Positions 40,401 to 54,600 of a DNA stretch of 64,000 nt are shown piece by piece. The translations under genes and the position numbers were made by a program. The notes under the pieces were generated by a model. The model ran no database searches. It was not told where the DNA came from and saw nothing but the letters and a program-made list of their open reading frames with translations. This stretch comes from Antedon mediterranea (taxonomy: Eukaryota; Animalia; Echinodermata), in contig NC_092672.1 of the NCBI RefSeq assembly GCF_964355755.1, forward strand, positions 21,775,237 to 21,839,236, in the 5' to 3' direction. Every line of letters begins with the position of its first letter. Positions within the stretch are counted from its first letter, which is position 1.

Positions 40401-43400
40401 ATTATGGACATATGATTGATAATGTGATTTCACAAAATCGCGTATACGTGACGTCACGGTTGAGTGACCACGCTGAAAAGCTTATTATGGCTAAGTTAAA
40501 GTATTTGAAAGACATTGTGAAATTTTTGTGATCATTGTTATTCAACTTTTTGAGATAATTGCTAAACAAAAGTGTACAGAAAGAAGAAGAATAATAACAA
40601 CTAGACATGAAACTCGTCACTTTGACGAGTTAGTTATCCGCACGACAAACGCCACGTGCACGTCATACGCCACGTGCACGTCATACGTTGGAATAATGCA
40701 CACAGAAAAAGATTATGGCATTATGATCTGAAAAATATGATATGTTGTTAGTGCTGAATTCTGTCAATTTTGTGTCAGTATAAACAGTATAATATGTATA
40801 CATATTACATACAGTGCAGAATAGGTGAAATTATGGGACCCGCCATTTATTCATATTTTTAACATGGCGACTGTATCAAAATAAACTCTAAGATAGCAAT
40901 TTCGGAATGAAATTATCTCAGCAACAACATATTAACATGTAGAAGGTATTTGAATACGTAAAATATAGATGCGCGCTCTTTTAAATGCGATGAACTATGA
41001 CGCAAAAGGTGAAAATACGACATTTTTTAGTCAACTGGCCATATGATGACGTCATAACAACTGATTAGCAAAATTTTCACATGAATTCGTATCTACAATC
41101 CAATAGCTTCCAGAAAACGTTTTAATCATGATTATCACTTTTTATTCTTACGAGCTATAACAGATTGAAATTTACTGTAAAGATGAAAATAAGTGACCCA
41201 CGTTATTTGCCTTTTTAGACATGATGACGTCATAAAAATTTAAATATTTTTAACTCATGCGAAAGATAGTTGATTGACCTAGACAGTATTAAAATCTTGC
41301 AGAAAATGGAATACGGATAAGCGTGATGCGCTCCATTGAATGTTATGAGCAATGACGAAAGAGAAAAAAATCCTATATTTTGTATTCGTGTGGCCATACG
41401 ATGACGTCACAATGTCCGGTTAGCCATATTGATCCATGATCCGATATCTACAACTCATCTACTTCCAGAATATGCCATCCACAAAAAGTTGACCGTCTAG
41501 TTTAGAAATTACGACTATTTAAAAAAAGGCATAATTTTCATGAATTTTGGAACTTTTTCATCAAAAACGCGCGTAAATTTTCCAATTCGATGTGCTCGTA
41601 TGACGTAATTTAAAGTCACAAATGGTTTTAAAATGGTAAAATTACTCTAGAAGGCTGGAAAAACATAATTCATGAGAAAAAAAGATGTTTTTCACGGTAC
41701 GTGGCCACCACGCGCGTAAAAAAATGCGTGCACGTGGGAATTTTTGACATGCGCAAAATGTCATGAGTCGTGTAAAAAGTTGATTAAAAATTAATTTTAC
41801 GCATTTTGAAACTTTAAATGCGCGTGCGCGCGTAACTTCTTGTAAAACATGCCATTTTTAATCCATAAAAAGTTTGCACTTGATATGACTTAAATTTTCA
41901 CAAAGTGTCAAAACTAAATTATGCTTGGTTTTTAGTCTATGAGCAATCATAAAAAATCATAAAATCGCGCGTAAGTCACGTTGCGCAACTCTGACGTCAT
42001 TCAAAAATAGGAGGTGCACAACTTCACGTAAATGCCCATATGTTGACAAAGTTATGAAATGTTATGTTTACCCATTTTAGAGATACGCTCTGCACAAAAA
42101 GTGAGGGAGAAAGACAGAAGAATAATACTAGACATGTAACTCGTCACTTTGACGAGTTTGGTTATCCGCCGCGCAAGTGGTGCAACATTAACATTAAGGG
42201 GATAGGTTGAGGACAAAAGGAAGTGTTCACGTTGGCATTATGACCTGAACTGAAGAATATGATATGTTGCTGAATTTTATTATTTAAATTCATATATTGT
42301 ATACACAGTATAATCTGTATCCATATCACATACAGTGACATACATAGAATAGGTGAAATTACGGGACCCGCTATTTATTGCAATTTTTAACGTGTTGACG
42401 GTTTTAAAATGAAACGCGAAGTTAGCAATTCCGAAAGGAAATTATCTCAGCAACAACGTATTAGCATGTAGAAGAAATTTGAATACGTGAAATATTGATG
42501 CGCGCTCGTTTAAATGTAATGAATTATGACGCAAAAGATGAAAATACGACCTTTTTTATATAACTGGCCATATGATGACGTCACAACATCCGATTGGCAA
42601 CATTTTTACATAATTTCGTATCTAAAATTCAATAGCTTCCAGAAAAAGTTTTAATCGTGATTATCACATTTTATTCTTACGAGCTATAACAGATTAAAAT
42701 TTACTGTAAAGATGAAATTAATGCCACACGTGATTTAAATTTTTAGGCATGATGACGTCAAAAAAATTAAAATATTTTTAACTCATGCGAAAGATAGTTG
42801 ATTGACCTAGACAATATCAAAATCGGGGTGAAAATGGAAAACGAATAAGTGGAGATGCGCTCTATTCAATGTGATGAGCTATGACGAAAGATACAAAAAT
42901 CCTAAATTTTATATTTGCGTGGCCATACGATGACGTCACAATGTCCGGTTAGCCATATCAATACCTGATCCGATATCTACCACTCATCTACTTCCAGAAT
43001 ATGTCATCCACAAAAAATTGACCGTCTAGTTTAGAAATTACGACTGTTTAAAAAAAGGCATATTTTAAACGAATTTTTTAACCTTTTCATAAAAAACGCG
43101 CGCAAATTGTCCAATTCGACGTACTCGTATGACGTATCTTTAAGTCGAAATTGTTTAAAATTTGGTAAAATTACTAGAAAAGGCTGGAAAAACATAAATC
43201 ACGCGAAAAAAATATGTTTTCAATGCTACGTGCGTACCGCACACGTAAAAATGTGCGCACGCGTGGGAATTTTTGACATGCTTAAAACGACCAGAAACGC
43301 GTAGAAAGTTGATTATAAATTAATTTTGCGCATTTTGAAATTTTAAATGCGCGTGCGCGCGTAACTTTGTGTAAAACACGCAATTTTTTTTCAACATAAA

Positions 43401-46400
43401 GTTAGCGCATGATATAAATTAAACTTTTGCGAAGTTTCAAGTTGAAATGTTATTTGGTTTTCAACATATGTTAAATACGAGAAAATCGTTAAATCGCGCG
43501 TACGTCACGTTGCGCAATTGCAAACATCATGAAAAGCTTCGCTTGACGACGTTACGTAAATGTCAATATGTTAAGATAGTTACCGAAATGTTATGTTTGC
43601 GAGTTTTAGAGAAAAGCGTTACACAAAAATCATACAGAAAGAAAGAAGAAAAACTAGACATGAAACTCGTCACATTGACGAGTTAGTTATCCGCACCACG
43701 ACAAACGCCACGTGCACGTCATACGTTGGAATATTGCACACAGATAAAGATTATGGCATTATGACAAGAACTGAAGAATATGATATGCTGTTAGTGCTGA
43801 ATTCTGTCAATTTTGTGTCATATAGTATATACATGCAAACAGTATAATCTGTATACATATTACATACAGTGTAGAATAGGTGAAATTACGGGACCCGCCA
43901 TTTATTCCAATTTTTAACATGGCGACGGTATCAAAATGAAACACTTAGATAGCAATTTTAGAAGGAAATTATCTCAGGAACAACATATTACGTGTAGAAG
44001 AAATTTGAATACGTAAAATATAGATGCGCACCCTTTTAAATGTGATGAACTATTACGCAAAATATGAAAATACGTCTTTTTTTATTCAACTGGCCATATG
44101 ATGACGTCACAAGATCCGATTGGGAAAATGTTTACATAAATTCGCATCTACAATCCAATAGCTTCCAGAAAACGTTTTAATCATGATTATCACGTTTTAT
44201 TCTGACGAGCTATAACAGATTGAAATTTACTGTAAGGACGAAAATAAGTGACCCATGTTATTTACATTTTTAGACACGATGACGTCATAAATTTTAAAAT
44301 ATTTTTAACTCATACGAAAGATAGTTGATTGACCTAGATAATATAAAAATCGGGGTAAAAATGGAAAACAGATAATTGGAGATGCGCTCTATTAAATGTC
44401 ATGCGCTATGATGAAAGATACAAAAATCCTATATTTTATATTCGCGTGGGCATACGGTAACGTCACAATGTCCGGTTAGCCATATTAATGCATGATTCAA
44501 AATCTACAACTCATCAACTTTCAGAATATGCAATAAAAATAACTTTCACCGTTTAGTTTAGGAACTATAACTGTTTAAAAAAGGGCATAATTTTGACAAA
44601 TTTTGACGACTTTTTGAACTTTTTCATCAAAAATGCACGTAAATTATCCAATTCGACGTGCCCGTATGACGTAATTTTAAGTCGAAATTGTTCAAAAGTT
44701 GGTAAAATTACTAGAAAAGGCTGGAAAAACATAAATCACGCAAAAAAAATGGTTTTCAACGCTACGTGCGCACCGCACGCGTAAAAAAATGCGCGTACGT
44801 GGGAATTTTTTACATGCTCAAAATGACATGAAACGCGTAGAAAGTTGATTAGAAATTGATTTTTCGCATTTTGAAATTTTAAACGCGCGTGCGCGCGTAA
44901 CTTCCTGTGAAACATGCCAATTTTTTTTCACATTCTGTTAGCGCAAGATATCAATTAAACTTTCGTTAAGTTTCAATTTAAATTGCTATATGGTTTTCAA
45001 TCTATGTTAAAAATGCGAAATTCGTAAAAACGCGCGTAAGTCATGTCGCGCAACTCTGACGTCATTCAAAAATAGGAGGTGCACAACTTCACCTGAATAC
45101 CCTCATGCTGACAAAGTTATAACATGTTATGTTTACACGTTTTTGAGATACGCGAGACACAAAAATAGAGGAGAAAGAAAGAAAAAAAAAAAAAAGTAAC
45201 AGGACAGTTACAAGGAGTTATCCGCTGAATGCGGATAACTAATAAAATTGAAACAGGACGATTACAAGGAGTTATCCGCTACTAAGCGGATAACTAATAA
45301 TAACTAGACATGTAACTCGTCACTTTGACGAGTTTGGTTATCCGCCGCGCAAGTGGTGCAACATTAACATTAAGGGGATAGGTTGAGGACAAAAGGAAGT
45401 GTTCACGTTGGCATTATGACCTGAACTGAAGAATATGATATGTTGTTATTGCTGAATTTTATTATTTAAATTCATATAGTATACACAGTATAATCTGTAT
45501 CCATATCACATACAGTGTAGAATAGGTGAAATTACGGGACCCGCTATTTATTGCAATTTTTAACATGTTGACGGTTTTAAAATGAAACGCGAAGGTAGCA
45601 ATTCCGAAAGGAAATTATCTCAGCAACAACGTATTAGCGTGTAGAAGAAATTTGAATACGTGAAATATTGATGCGCGCTCTTTTAAATGTAATGAATTAT
45701 GACGCAAAAGATGAAAATACGACCTTTTTTATTTAACTGGCCATATGATGACGTCACAACATCCGATTGGCAACATTTTTACATAATTTCGTATCTACAA
45801 TCCAATAGCTTCCAGAAAAAGTTTTAATCGTGATTATCACATTTTATTCTTACGAGCTATAACAGATTAAAATTTACTGTAAAGATGAAATTGATGCCAC
45901 ACGTGATTTAAATTTTTAGGCATGATGACGTCAAAAAAATTAAAATATTTTTTACTCATGCGAAAGATAGTTGATTGCCCCAGACAATATCAAAATCGGG
46001 GTGAAAATGAAAAACGGATAAGTGGAGATGCGCTCTATTCAATGTGATGAGCTATGACGAAAGATACAAAAATCCTAAATTTTATATTCGCGTGGCCATA
46101 CGATGACGTCACAATGTCTGGTTAGCCATATTAATACCTGATCCGATATCTACAACTCATCTACTTCCAGAATATGCCATCCATAAAAAGTTGACCGTCT
46201 AGTTTAGAAATTACGACTGTTTAAAAAAAGGCATATTTTAAACGAATTTTGTAACCTTTTCATAAGAAACGCGCGCAAATTGTCCAATTCGACGTGCTCG
46301 TATGACGTATCTTTAAGTCGAAATTGTTTAACATTTTGTAAAATTACTAGAAAAGGCTGGAAAAACATAAATCACGCGAAAAAAATACGTTTTCAATGCT

Positions 46401-49400
46401 ACGTGCGCACCGCACACGTAAAAATGTGCGCACGCGTGGGAATTTTTGACATGCTTAAAACGACATGAAACGCGTAGAAAGTTGATTAGAAATTAATTTT
46501 GCGCATTTTGAAATTTTAAATGCGCGTGCGCGCCTAACTTTGTGTAAAACACGGAATTTTTTTTCAACAGAAAGTTAGCGCATGATATAAATTAAACTTT
46601 TGCAAAGTTTCAAGTTGAAATGTTATTTGGTTGTCGAGCTATGTTAAATACGACAAAATCGTTAAATCGCGCGTAAGTCACGTTGCGCAATTGTAAACGT
46701 CATGAAAAGCTTCGCTTGACGACGTTACGTAAATGTCAATATGTTAAGATAGTTACCGAAATGTTATGTTTGCGAGTTTTAGAGAAAAGCGTTACACAAA
46801 AATCATACAGAATGATTTCGTACAATCACAAGAGGTTATCCTGCAACTTCGTTCCGGATAACCAATAAAGATTTTGTACAATAACAATAGGTGATCATTT
46901 TATTCTAAATGATCACCTAATAACAACTAGAATTTAATTCGTCACTTTGACGAATTATAGGTGATCATTGTTATCATTTTAATGAAATTAACATTTTTTA
47001 AACATGCATGTACGTTAACATACGATCGTAAAAAGTTGATGTACGCCATCCTATGACATGATGCATAATCTTATATCGCTGAGTTGTGCCTATTATATGC
47101 CATATACAATATGTACAGTATATACTGTATATCTATATACAGTGTAGCATAGGTGAAATTACGGGACACACGTCATGTTCTAATTTTTTGGTATGATGGA
47201 ATTATCAAAATAAACTCAAAGATGACAATTTCGAAAGATAGTGAATTGAGCAAATAAATATAAGAATTGGAAGAGAATCTGGCACGTAGAAGCGCTGTGC
47301 GCGCTCTTTGAAATTTGTATAACTTTGACGAAAAAGATGAAAAAACTACTTTTTAACTTCATCTGGCCATATGTTAACGTCACAACATCCGATAGGCTTG
47401 GTTTATAAATGAATTCATATCTACATTTCACCAGCTTTTATAATAAATTATAATCGTCAAGGTAACCTTCAATTCTGAAGAGCTGTAAGATATTCAAATT
47501 TACGGCGAAGGTGAAATTACACGACCTACGTTATTCAAGTTTTTACGCGTGATGACGTCATCAAAATGAAAACACTGACAACTTAGAGAAAGATAAATAA
47601 TTAAGTAAGCACACACTGAAATTTGTGCGAAAATCGGGCTCAAATAGCAGAGATGCGCTCTATTGAATGTGATAACCTACACAAAACGGAAAAAAATCCT
47701 AATTTTTAAATTCAAGTGGCCATTTGATGACGTAATACCATTTTGTACGTCTAATGTTTATATACATTTATATCTACAACCTATTGGCTTCCATATTAAG
47801 TTAAAAAAATTGGGGGTCACCTGCCATTCTGAAGAGTTATATTCATTTTAAAAAGGCCTTAATTTTTACAATTTTTTGCACTTTTGTGCAATTAATGTGC
47901 GCATTTTGTCATGTTGAACGTGCTCGTACAGCGTTATTTTAAGTCGGAATGGACTCAAAATCGGAGAATGTACTAAGGATTGTGAGTAGAATGTGATGTT
48001 TACATCAAATTTTATTTTTAACGCTTTTTACGAATTGCGTGCGCAAAAACGTGTTTTTGCGCAGTAATTTTTTGAAACACGCAAATGGCCTAATTCATGC
48101 TCTAAATTGATCAAAACTTAATTTTGACCTTTTTAAAACCTTTACGCGCAAATTCACGTGCATGACCTTGAGACGCGCCAGTTTTTATTTGCTAATATTT
48201 TTTACCTTGACCTGAAGTTTACGTATAGTGAATTTTATTGATATGTGATAAAGAGTTATGGAGATATGATTGATAGTGTGATTTCACAAAATCGCGTATA
48301 CCTGACGTCACGTTTGACTGATCACGCTGAAAAGCTTATTATGGCTAAGTTAAAGTATTTGAAAGACATTGTGAAATTGTTGTGATCATTGCTATTCAAC
48401 TTTTTGAGATATTTGATGAACAAAAAGTGTACAGAAAGAAGAATAATAACAACTAGAATTTAATTCGTCACTTTGACGAATTATAGGTGATCATTTTTAT
48501 CATTTTAATGAAATTAACGTTTTTTCAACATGCACATACGTTAACATACGATCGTTAAAAGTTGATACGCCATCCTATGTCATGATGCATATACACTCAT
48601 AGTGCTGAGTTGTACCTATTATGTGTCATACAATATGTACAGTATATACTGTATATCTATATACAGTGTAGCATAGGTGAAATTACGGGACCCACATCAT
48701 GTTCTAATTTTTTGGTAAGATGGAATTATCAAAATAAACTCGAAGATCACAATTTCGAAAGATAATGAATTAAGCAAATAAATATAAAGATGGGAAGAAA
48801 ATTTGACACGTAGAAGCGCAATGCGCGCTCTTTGAAATGTGTATAACTTCGACTAAAGAAATTTAAAAACTACGTTTTAACTTCAACTGGCCATATGATA
48901 ACATCACAACATCCGATAAGCTTAATTTTTATATTAATTCATATCTACATTTCATCAGCTTTCATAATAAGTTATAATCTTCAAGGTCACCTTTAATTCT
49001 GAAGAGCTATAATATATTCAAATTTACGGTGTAGCTGAAATTACACGACCTACGTTATTTAAGTTTTTACGCGTGATGATGTCTTCAAAATAAAAATGTT
49101 GACAACTCCTGAAAAAGATAATTAATTGAGCAAGCACATACTAAAACTTCTGCGAAAATCGAGCTAAAATAACGGAGATGCGCTCTATTAAATGTGATAA
49201 CCCATACAAAAAGATAAAAATTACTAATTTTTAAATTGAAGTGGCCATTTGATGACGTCATACCATTTTGTACGTCTAATGTGTACATGAATATTTATCT
49301 ACAACCCAATGGCTTCCCGAATAACTTAAAAAAATTGGGGGTCACCTGCCATTCTGAAGAGTTATATTCATTTTAAAAAGGCCTTATTTTTCACCATTTT

Positions 49401-51538
49401 CATCACTTTGATGCAATTAATTTGCGCATTTTGACATTTTTAACCTGCTCGTATACTGTTATTTTAAGTCGGAACTGACTCAAATTTGGTGAATGTACTA
49501 AGGATGGTGAGTAGAATGCGATTTGTATAAAAAAATTGCAATTTTTACACTTTGTAAGTATCGCGCGCGCAAAATAATTTTTTTGCGCAGTAATTTTTTG
49601 AAACACGCAAATGGCCTAATTCATGCTCTAAATTGATTAAAACGTAATTTTGAGCTTTTTAAATTTTTAATGCGCGATTTCACGCGCATGACCCTACGTG
49701 CGCGCGCGTTTTTATTTGCTAATATTTTTACCCTTGACCTGAAGTTTACGTGTAGTGAATTTTATAAATATGTGATAATGAATTATGGATATATGATTGA
49801 TAATGTGATTTCACAAAATGGCGTATACGTAACGTCACGGGTCAGTGATTTTGACGAATTATAGGTGATCATTTTTATTATTTTAATGAAATTAACATTT
49901 TTTAAACATGCACGTACGTTAACATACGATCGTAAAAAGTTGATGTACGCCATCCTATGACATGTTGCATATACACTTATAGCACTGAGTTGTACCTATT
50001 ATGTTTCATATACAATATGTACAGTATATACTGTATATCTATATACAGTGTAGCATAGGTGAAATTACGGGACCCACGTCGTGTTCTAAATTTTTGGTAT
50101 GATGGAATTATCAAAATAAACTCAAAGATGAAAATTTCGAAAGATAATGAATTGAGCAAATAAATATAAGGATTGGAAGAGAATTTGACACGTAGAAGCG
50201 CAATGCGCGCTCTTTGAAATTTGTATAACTTCAACTAAAGAAATTTAAAAACTACTTTTTAACTTCAACTGGCCATAAGATAACGTCACAACATCCGATA
50301 GGCTTAATTTTTATATGAATTCATATCTACATTTTATCAGCTTTCATAATAAGTTATAATCTTCAAGGTCACCTTTAATTCTGAAGAGCTGTAAGATATT
50401 CAAATGTATGGTGTAGCTGAAAATACACGACCTAGGTTATTCAAGTTTTTACGCATGATGACGTCATCAAAATGAAAATGTTGACAACTCATGAGAAAGA
50501 TAATTAATTGAGCAAGCACATACTAAAAGTTGAGCTAAAATTGGGTTCAAATAACGGAGATGCGCTCTATTGAATGTGATAACCCACACAAAAAGATAAA
50601 AATTAATAATTTTTAAATTCAAGTGGCCATTTGATGACGTCATACCATTTTGTACGTCTAATGTGTATATACATTTATATCTACAACTCATTGGCTTCCA
50701 TATTAAGTTAAAAAAATTGGGGGTCATCTTCCATTCTGAAGAGTTATATTCATTTTAAAAGGGCCCTACTATTTACCATTTTTAGCACTTTTGTACAATT
50801 AATGTGCGCATTTTGTCATGTTTAACGTGCTCGTATACCGTTATTTTAAGTCGGACTGGACTCAAAATCGGAGAATGTACTAAGGATTGTGTGTAGAATG
50901 TGATGTATACATCACATTTTATTTTTTACGCTTTTTAAGGATTGCGTGCGCAAAAACGTATTTTTGCGCAGTAATTTTTTGAAACACGCAATTGGCCTAA
51001 TTCATACTCTAAATTGATCAAAACCTAATTTTGAGCTTTTTAAAATCTTTACGCGCGATTTCACGTGCATGACCTTGAGAAGCGCGAGTTTTTATTTGCT
51101 AATATTTTTTACCTTGACCTGAAATTTACGTGTAGTGAATTTCATAAATATGTGATAATCAATTATGGACATATGATTGATAATGTGATTTCACAAAATC
51201 GCGTATACGTGACGTCATGGTTGAGTGATCACGCTGAAAAGCTTATTATGGCTAAGTTAAAGTATTTGAAAGACATTGTGAAATTTTTGTGATCATTGTT
51301 ATTCAACTTTTTGAGATAATTGCTAAACAAAAGTGTACAGAAAGAAGAATAATAACAATAATAATAATAAAGATTTTGTACAATAACAATAGGTGATCAT
51401 TTTATTCTAAATGATCACCTAATAAAGATTTTGTACAATAACAATAGGTGATCATTTTATTCTAAATGATCACCTAATAACAATAAAGATTTTGTACAAT
51501 AACAATAGGTGATCATTTTATTCTAAATGATCACCTAA
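37418..51538 (-). mobile_element. Nested stack of nine ~1.5-kb Helentron-type (HINE) elements from three families
   Basis: On the plus strand each unit starts CTAG, then a hairpin with core CGTCA-CTT-TGACG, then a subTIR. Family A (AGGTGATCATT) starts at 37418, 39070, 46927, 48453 and ~49850 (start deleted). Family B (AGTTATCCGC) at 40601 and 43654. Family C (GGTTATCCG) at 42128 and 45304. Opposite ends (subTIR stem-loops) finish at ~45240 B, ~45295 B, ~46863 C, and 46918, 51420, 51475, 51536 A. No coding capacity. Confidence 0.8.
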
Positions 51539-51677
51539 TTAACATGTACTTACACACTGTGATTCTCAAATAGAGACACGTCAAAGATATAAAAAGAAAT
51601 GAAACTTGTAAACGAAAAGCATATAAAAGCTTGTGGACTTCTCTCAGTGAATGCTACTGTATTACTAATACTTTATA
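51539..51677 (-). repeat. LTR1, second segment (truncated by deletion)
   Basis: Matches 57025-57163, then joins directly to integrase sequence equivalent to 58231. Confidence 0.95.
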
Positions 51678-54600
51678 GATTACCGCCCATCGTTTGCTAT
51701 TGGCACTTCCACCCCTGGTACGTCTAGAAGTCACATTCCAGGGTCCAAAGACGTCTATGCCCACACTGGTAAACGGAGGTAATGGTGTGATGCGGTCTAG
51801 TGGTAAGTCTGCCATCTTCTGTGTCGCAGTTTTGCCTCTTAATTTCCTGCAGGTCACACACTTGTATATCATTGTTGAAACAAGCCGTTTTCCTCCAATA
51901 AACCAATATCCACCGGATCGTATTGCTCCTTCAGTTATGTGACGACCTTGATGGGCCACTCTGCGGTGATGATACCTAGCAATCAAGGTTGCCACATGGT
52001 TATCCGCTGGTAGAATTATTGGATGTTTTTGGTTGTAATCTATCTCTAGATTTTCAGAGCGCCCTCCGATTCTAAGTAGCCCGTCGTCTCCCAAAATAGG
52101 ATCTAACTTTCGAAGAGTGCTGGTCTTTGGTAATGGACGTCTCCTTTTTAGACATGCAATTTCATCTAGGTACGTCTCTTCTTGGACCGCCTGCACCACA
52201 ACGATTCTGGCTGCGCTAATCTCCTCTAGTGTTATCTGGGAAGTAAACATTCCCCATCCGTTGTTCTCTTTCAACTTGAACGAAGCTGCCACCTTCTTAA
52301 GTTTTGCTATTACAAGTAACAGTCTTTGCCAATCAGAAAAACGTTTAAAACGTGAGTTGCCAAGTCGTGGCTCGACGGTATGTGTTGACATTGTGGTGAC
52401 AGTAGGTCTCACTTCGTCATCTTCATCCGGATCTATCAAGTCAAATGTGTTTTCAGGAACTGATGTCTGTGGCCCGCCAGTCTGGACGATGATTGGGCCA
52501 TCGAACCAGTTGCTGCAAATGAGAGCATCTGGAGCAGTTGGTCTTGAGGCAAAGTCTGCAGGGTTGCTCTCAGTTGCTACATAGTGCCATTGACTTGGAG
52601 ATGTTGATCTTGTGATCCGGTTGATTCTATTTGCTACATAAACATAGAAGCGGCGTTTGTTATTATTTATGTAACCAAGCACTACACGACTGTCCGTATA
52701 AAATTTCACCGTATCAAAGCGGATGTCCATTTCATCTTTTATGAGTTCGAACATTTCAGTCGCTAATACCGCAGCACACAATTCCAATCTAGGAACTGTG
52801 TGAGCTGGTTTGGGAGCTACCTTGCTTTTGGATAAAACGAACCCAGTGTGACGGCCTACTTCGCTGGTCACAGTAAGATAGGTGACAGCTCCGATAGCTT
52901 GAGTTGACGCATCTGAGAAAATACTCAACTCTTTTCTCGTAGCCAGTTTTACTGAAGTTTGTACATAACATCTTGGTACCTTAAGATTTTCCAGGTGGAC
53001 TAGTGACTGTTTCCAACTGTCCCACTCTTCTTTGTATTCTGGATTAAGAGGAGTGTCCCAATCGACAGTTCCGGAGCTTAACTTTCTCACAAGGATTTTC
53101 CCTTGTAGAGTGATTGGTGATACAAGACCTAATGGGTCAAATAGGCTGTTGACCACAGACAAAACTCTCCTTCTAGTGTATTCATCATTCTTTTGTGCTG
53201 ATATCTTGAAGGTGAAGCTGTCTGTTTCCAAGTCCCATGATACCCCGAGACTTCGTTGGCATGGTGGAGTTTCGCTTTTCAGATTGATGTTTTGTAAGTC
53301 TTTGGCCTTGTCTGCTTCGTCCAAAGCAGCCATTACTTGTCCACTGTTGGACGCTATTTTGTGAAGGTGTAAGTTGCTTTTGTATTAAGGCAATTGCTTC
53401 TTCTGCAGTAGGTAATGATGTTAGTCCGTCATCAACGTAAAAATTACGCAAAATATACTGACTTGCTTCCGAACCATATTTTTGTTCGTATTCTTTTGCT
53501 GTTCTGCCCATACAATAGATAGACACTGATGGTGATGGGGTGTTACCAAACACGTGGACTTTCATTCGGTAATCAATTACTTCGTTATCCATGTTGTTGT
53601 CCTTGAACCACATGAATCTAAGATAGTCACAATGATCTTCTCGAACATTGAAGCAGTAGAACATCTGTTCAACATCAGCTGTCACTGCAATTGGTTCTTT
53701 CCTGAATCTCAAGAGGACACCCAGCAAGGAGTTGTTGAGGTCAGGACCACTCAACAGAACTTTGTTGAGAGATATACCTTTCGACTCTGCACTTGAATCA
53801 AACACCACCCTTATTTTTTCTGGTTTCTGTGGGTGATAAACTCCAAACATGGGGAGGTACCATCGTTCTTTTCCTTCTTCCATAGGCGGTGCTACTTCTG
53901 CATGTTTGTTTTTTACCATGTTTCCAATAAATTCAATGAATTGTTTCTTCTGTTCCGGTTTTTTATTTAAGGTTTTGCACAAACTATTGAATCTTCGTTG
54001 AGCCAGATCACGATTGTCTGGTAGAGGTTGTCTTAACGGCTTGAATGGTAGAGGAGCTACCCAACTACCCTTGTCATCCCTGAATGCATTATTGTCCATT
54101 ATGTTCATGAACTGACGATCCTCAACAGACATTGCAGGCTTATCATCGTTTTCTCCAACATTAAATACTGTTCGTCCTATTTCAGGCTCGTTGTCGTTTT
54201 GCTCGCTCAAGTGGATTGCATTAGGGCAGGTTGGAAACTGTGTTACGTTCGCCTTATATACATTGGTTTGCTCCAGCGGCAGCTGAACTTCGTCTAAACA
54301 TGTTTCGCCGACAATTACCCAACCTAGATCGAGTCGTTGAGCGTAAGGAGCATTGTCTGGGCCATTTATCTGCTCTCTGACTTTGTGCGCTTGTACTACA
54401 TCTCTGCCAATCAAGAGCAAGATTGGTATTTGGTGATCAACCTCTTCCATTTGATTTGCGATTTCGTTTAGATGAGGGTGATGAAGATCAATATCAGGGG
54501 ATGGTATTTCTTCCCTGTTACCGGGAATCATTTCACATTCTCTTATGTACGGTATCTTTATCAATGTTTTGCCGTCCATAGATCGAATACACATCTTGTT

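Noticed and set aside
37418-51538. Simple 1.5-kb satellite or multi-copy small genes
   Set aside because: Units belong to three families with separated termini, and the short ORFs are not conserved between copies.
53340-53400. Programmed ribosomal frameshift in gag-pol
   Set aside because: The break is inside RT just after YVDD, and several residues appear to be missing relative to typical BEL RTs. BEL/Pao elements normally have one ORF, so a deletion is more likely.
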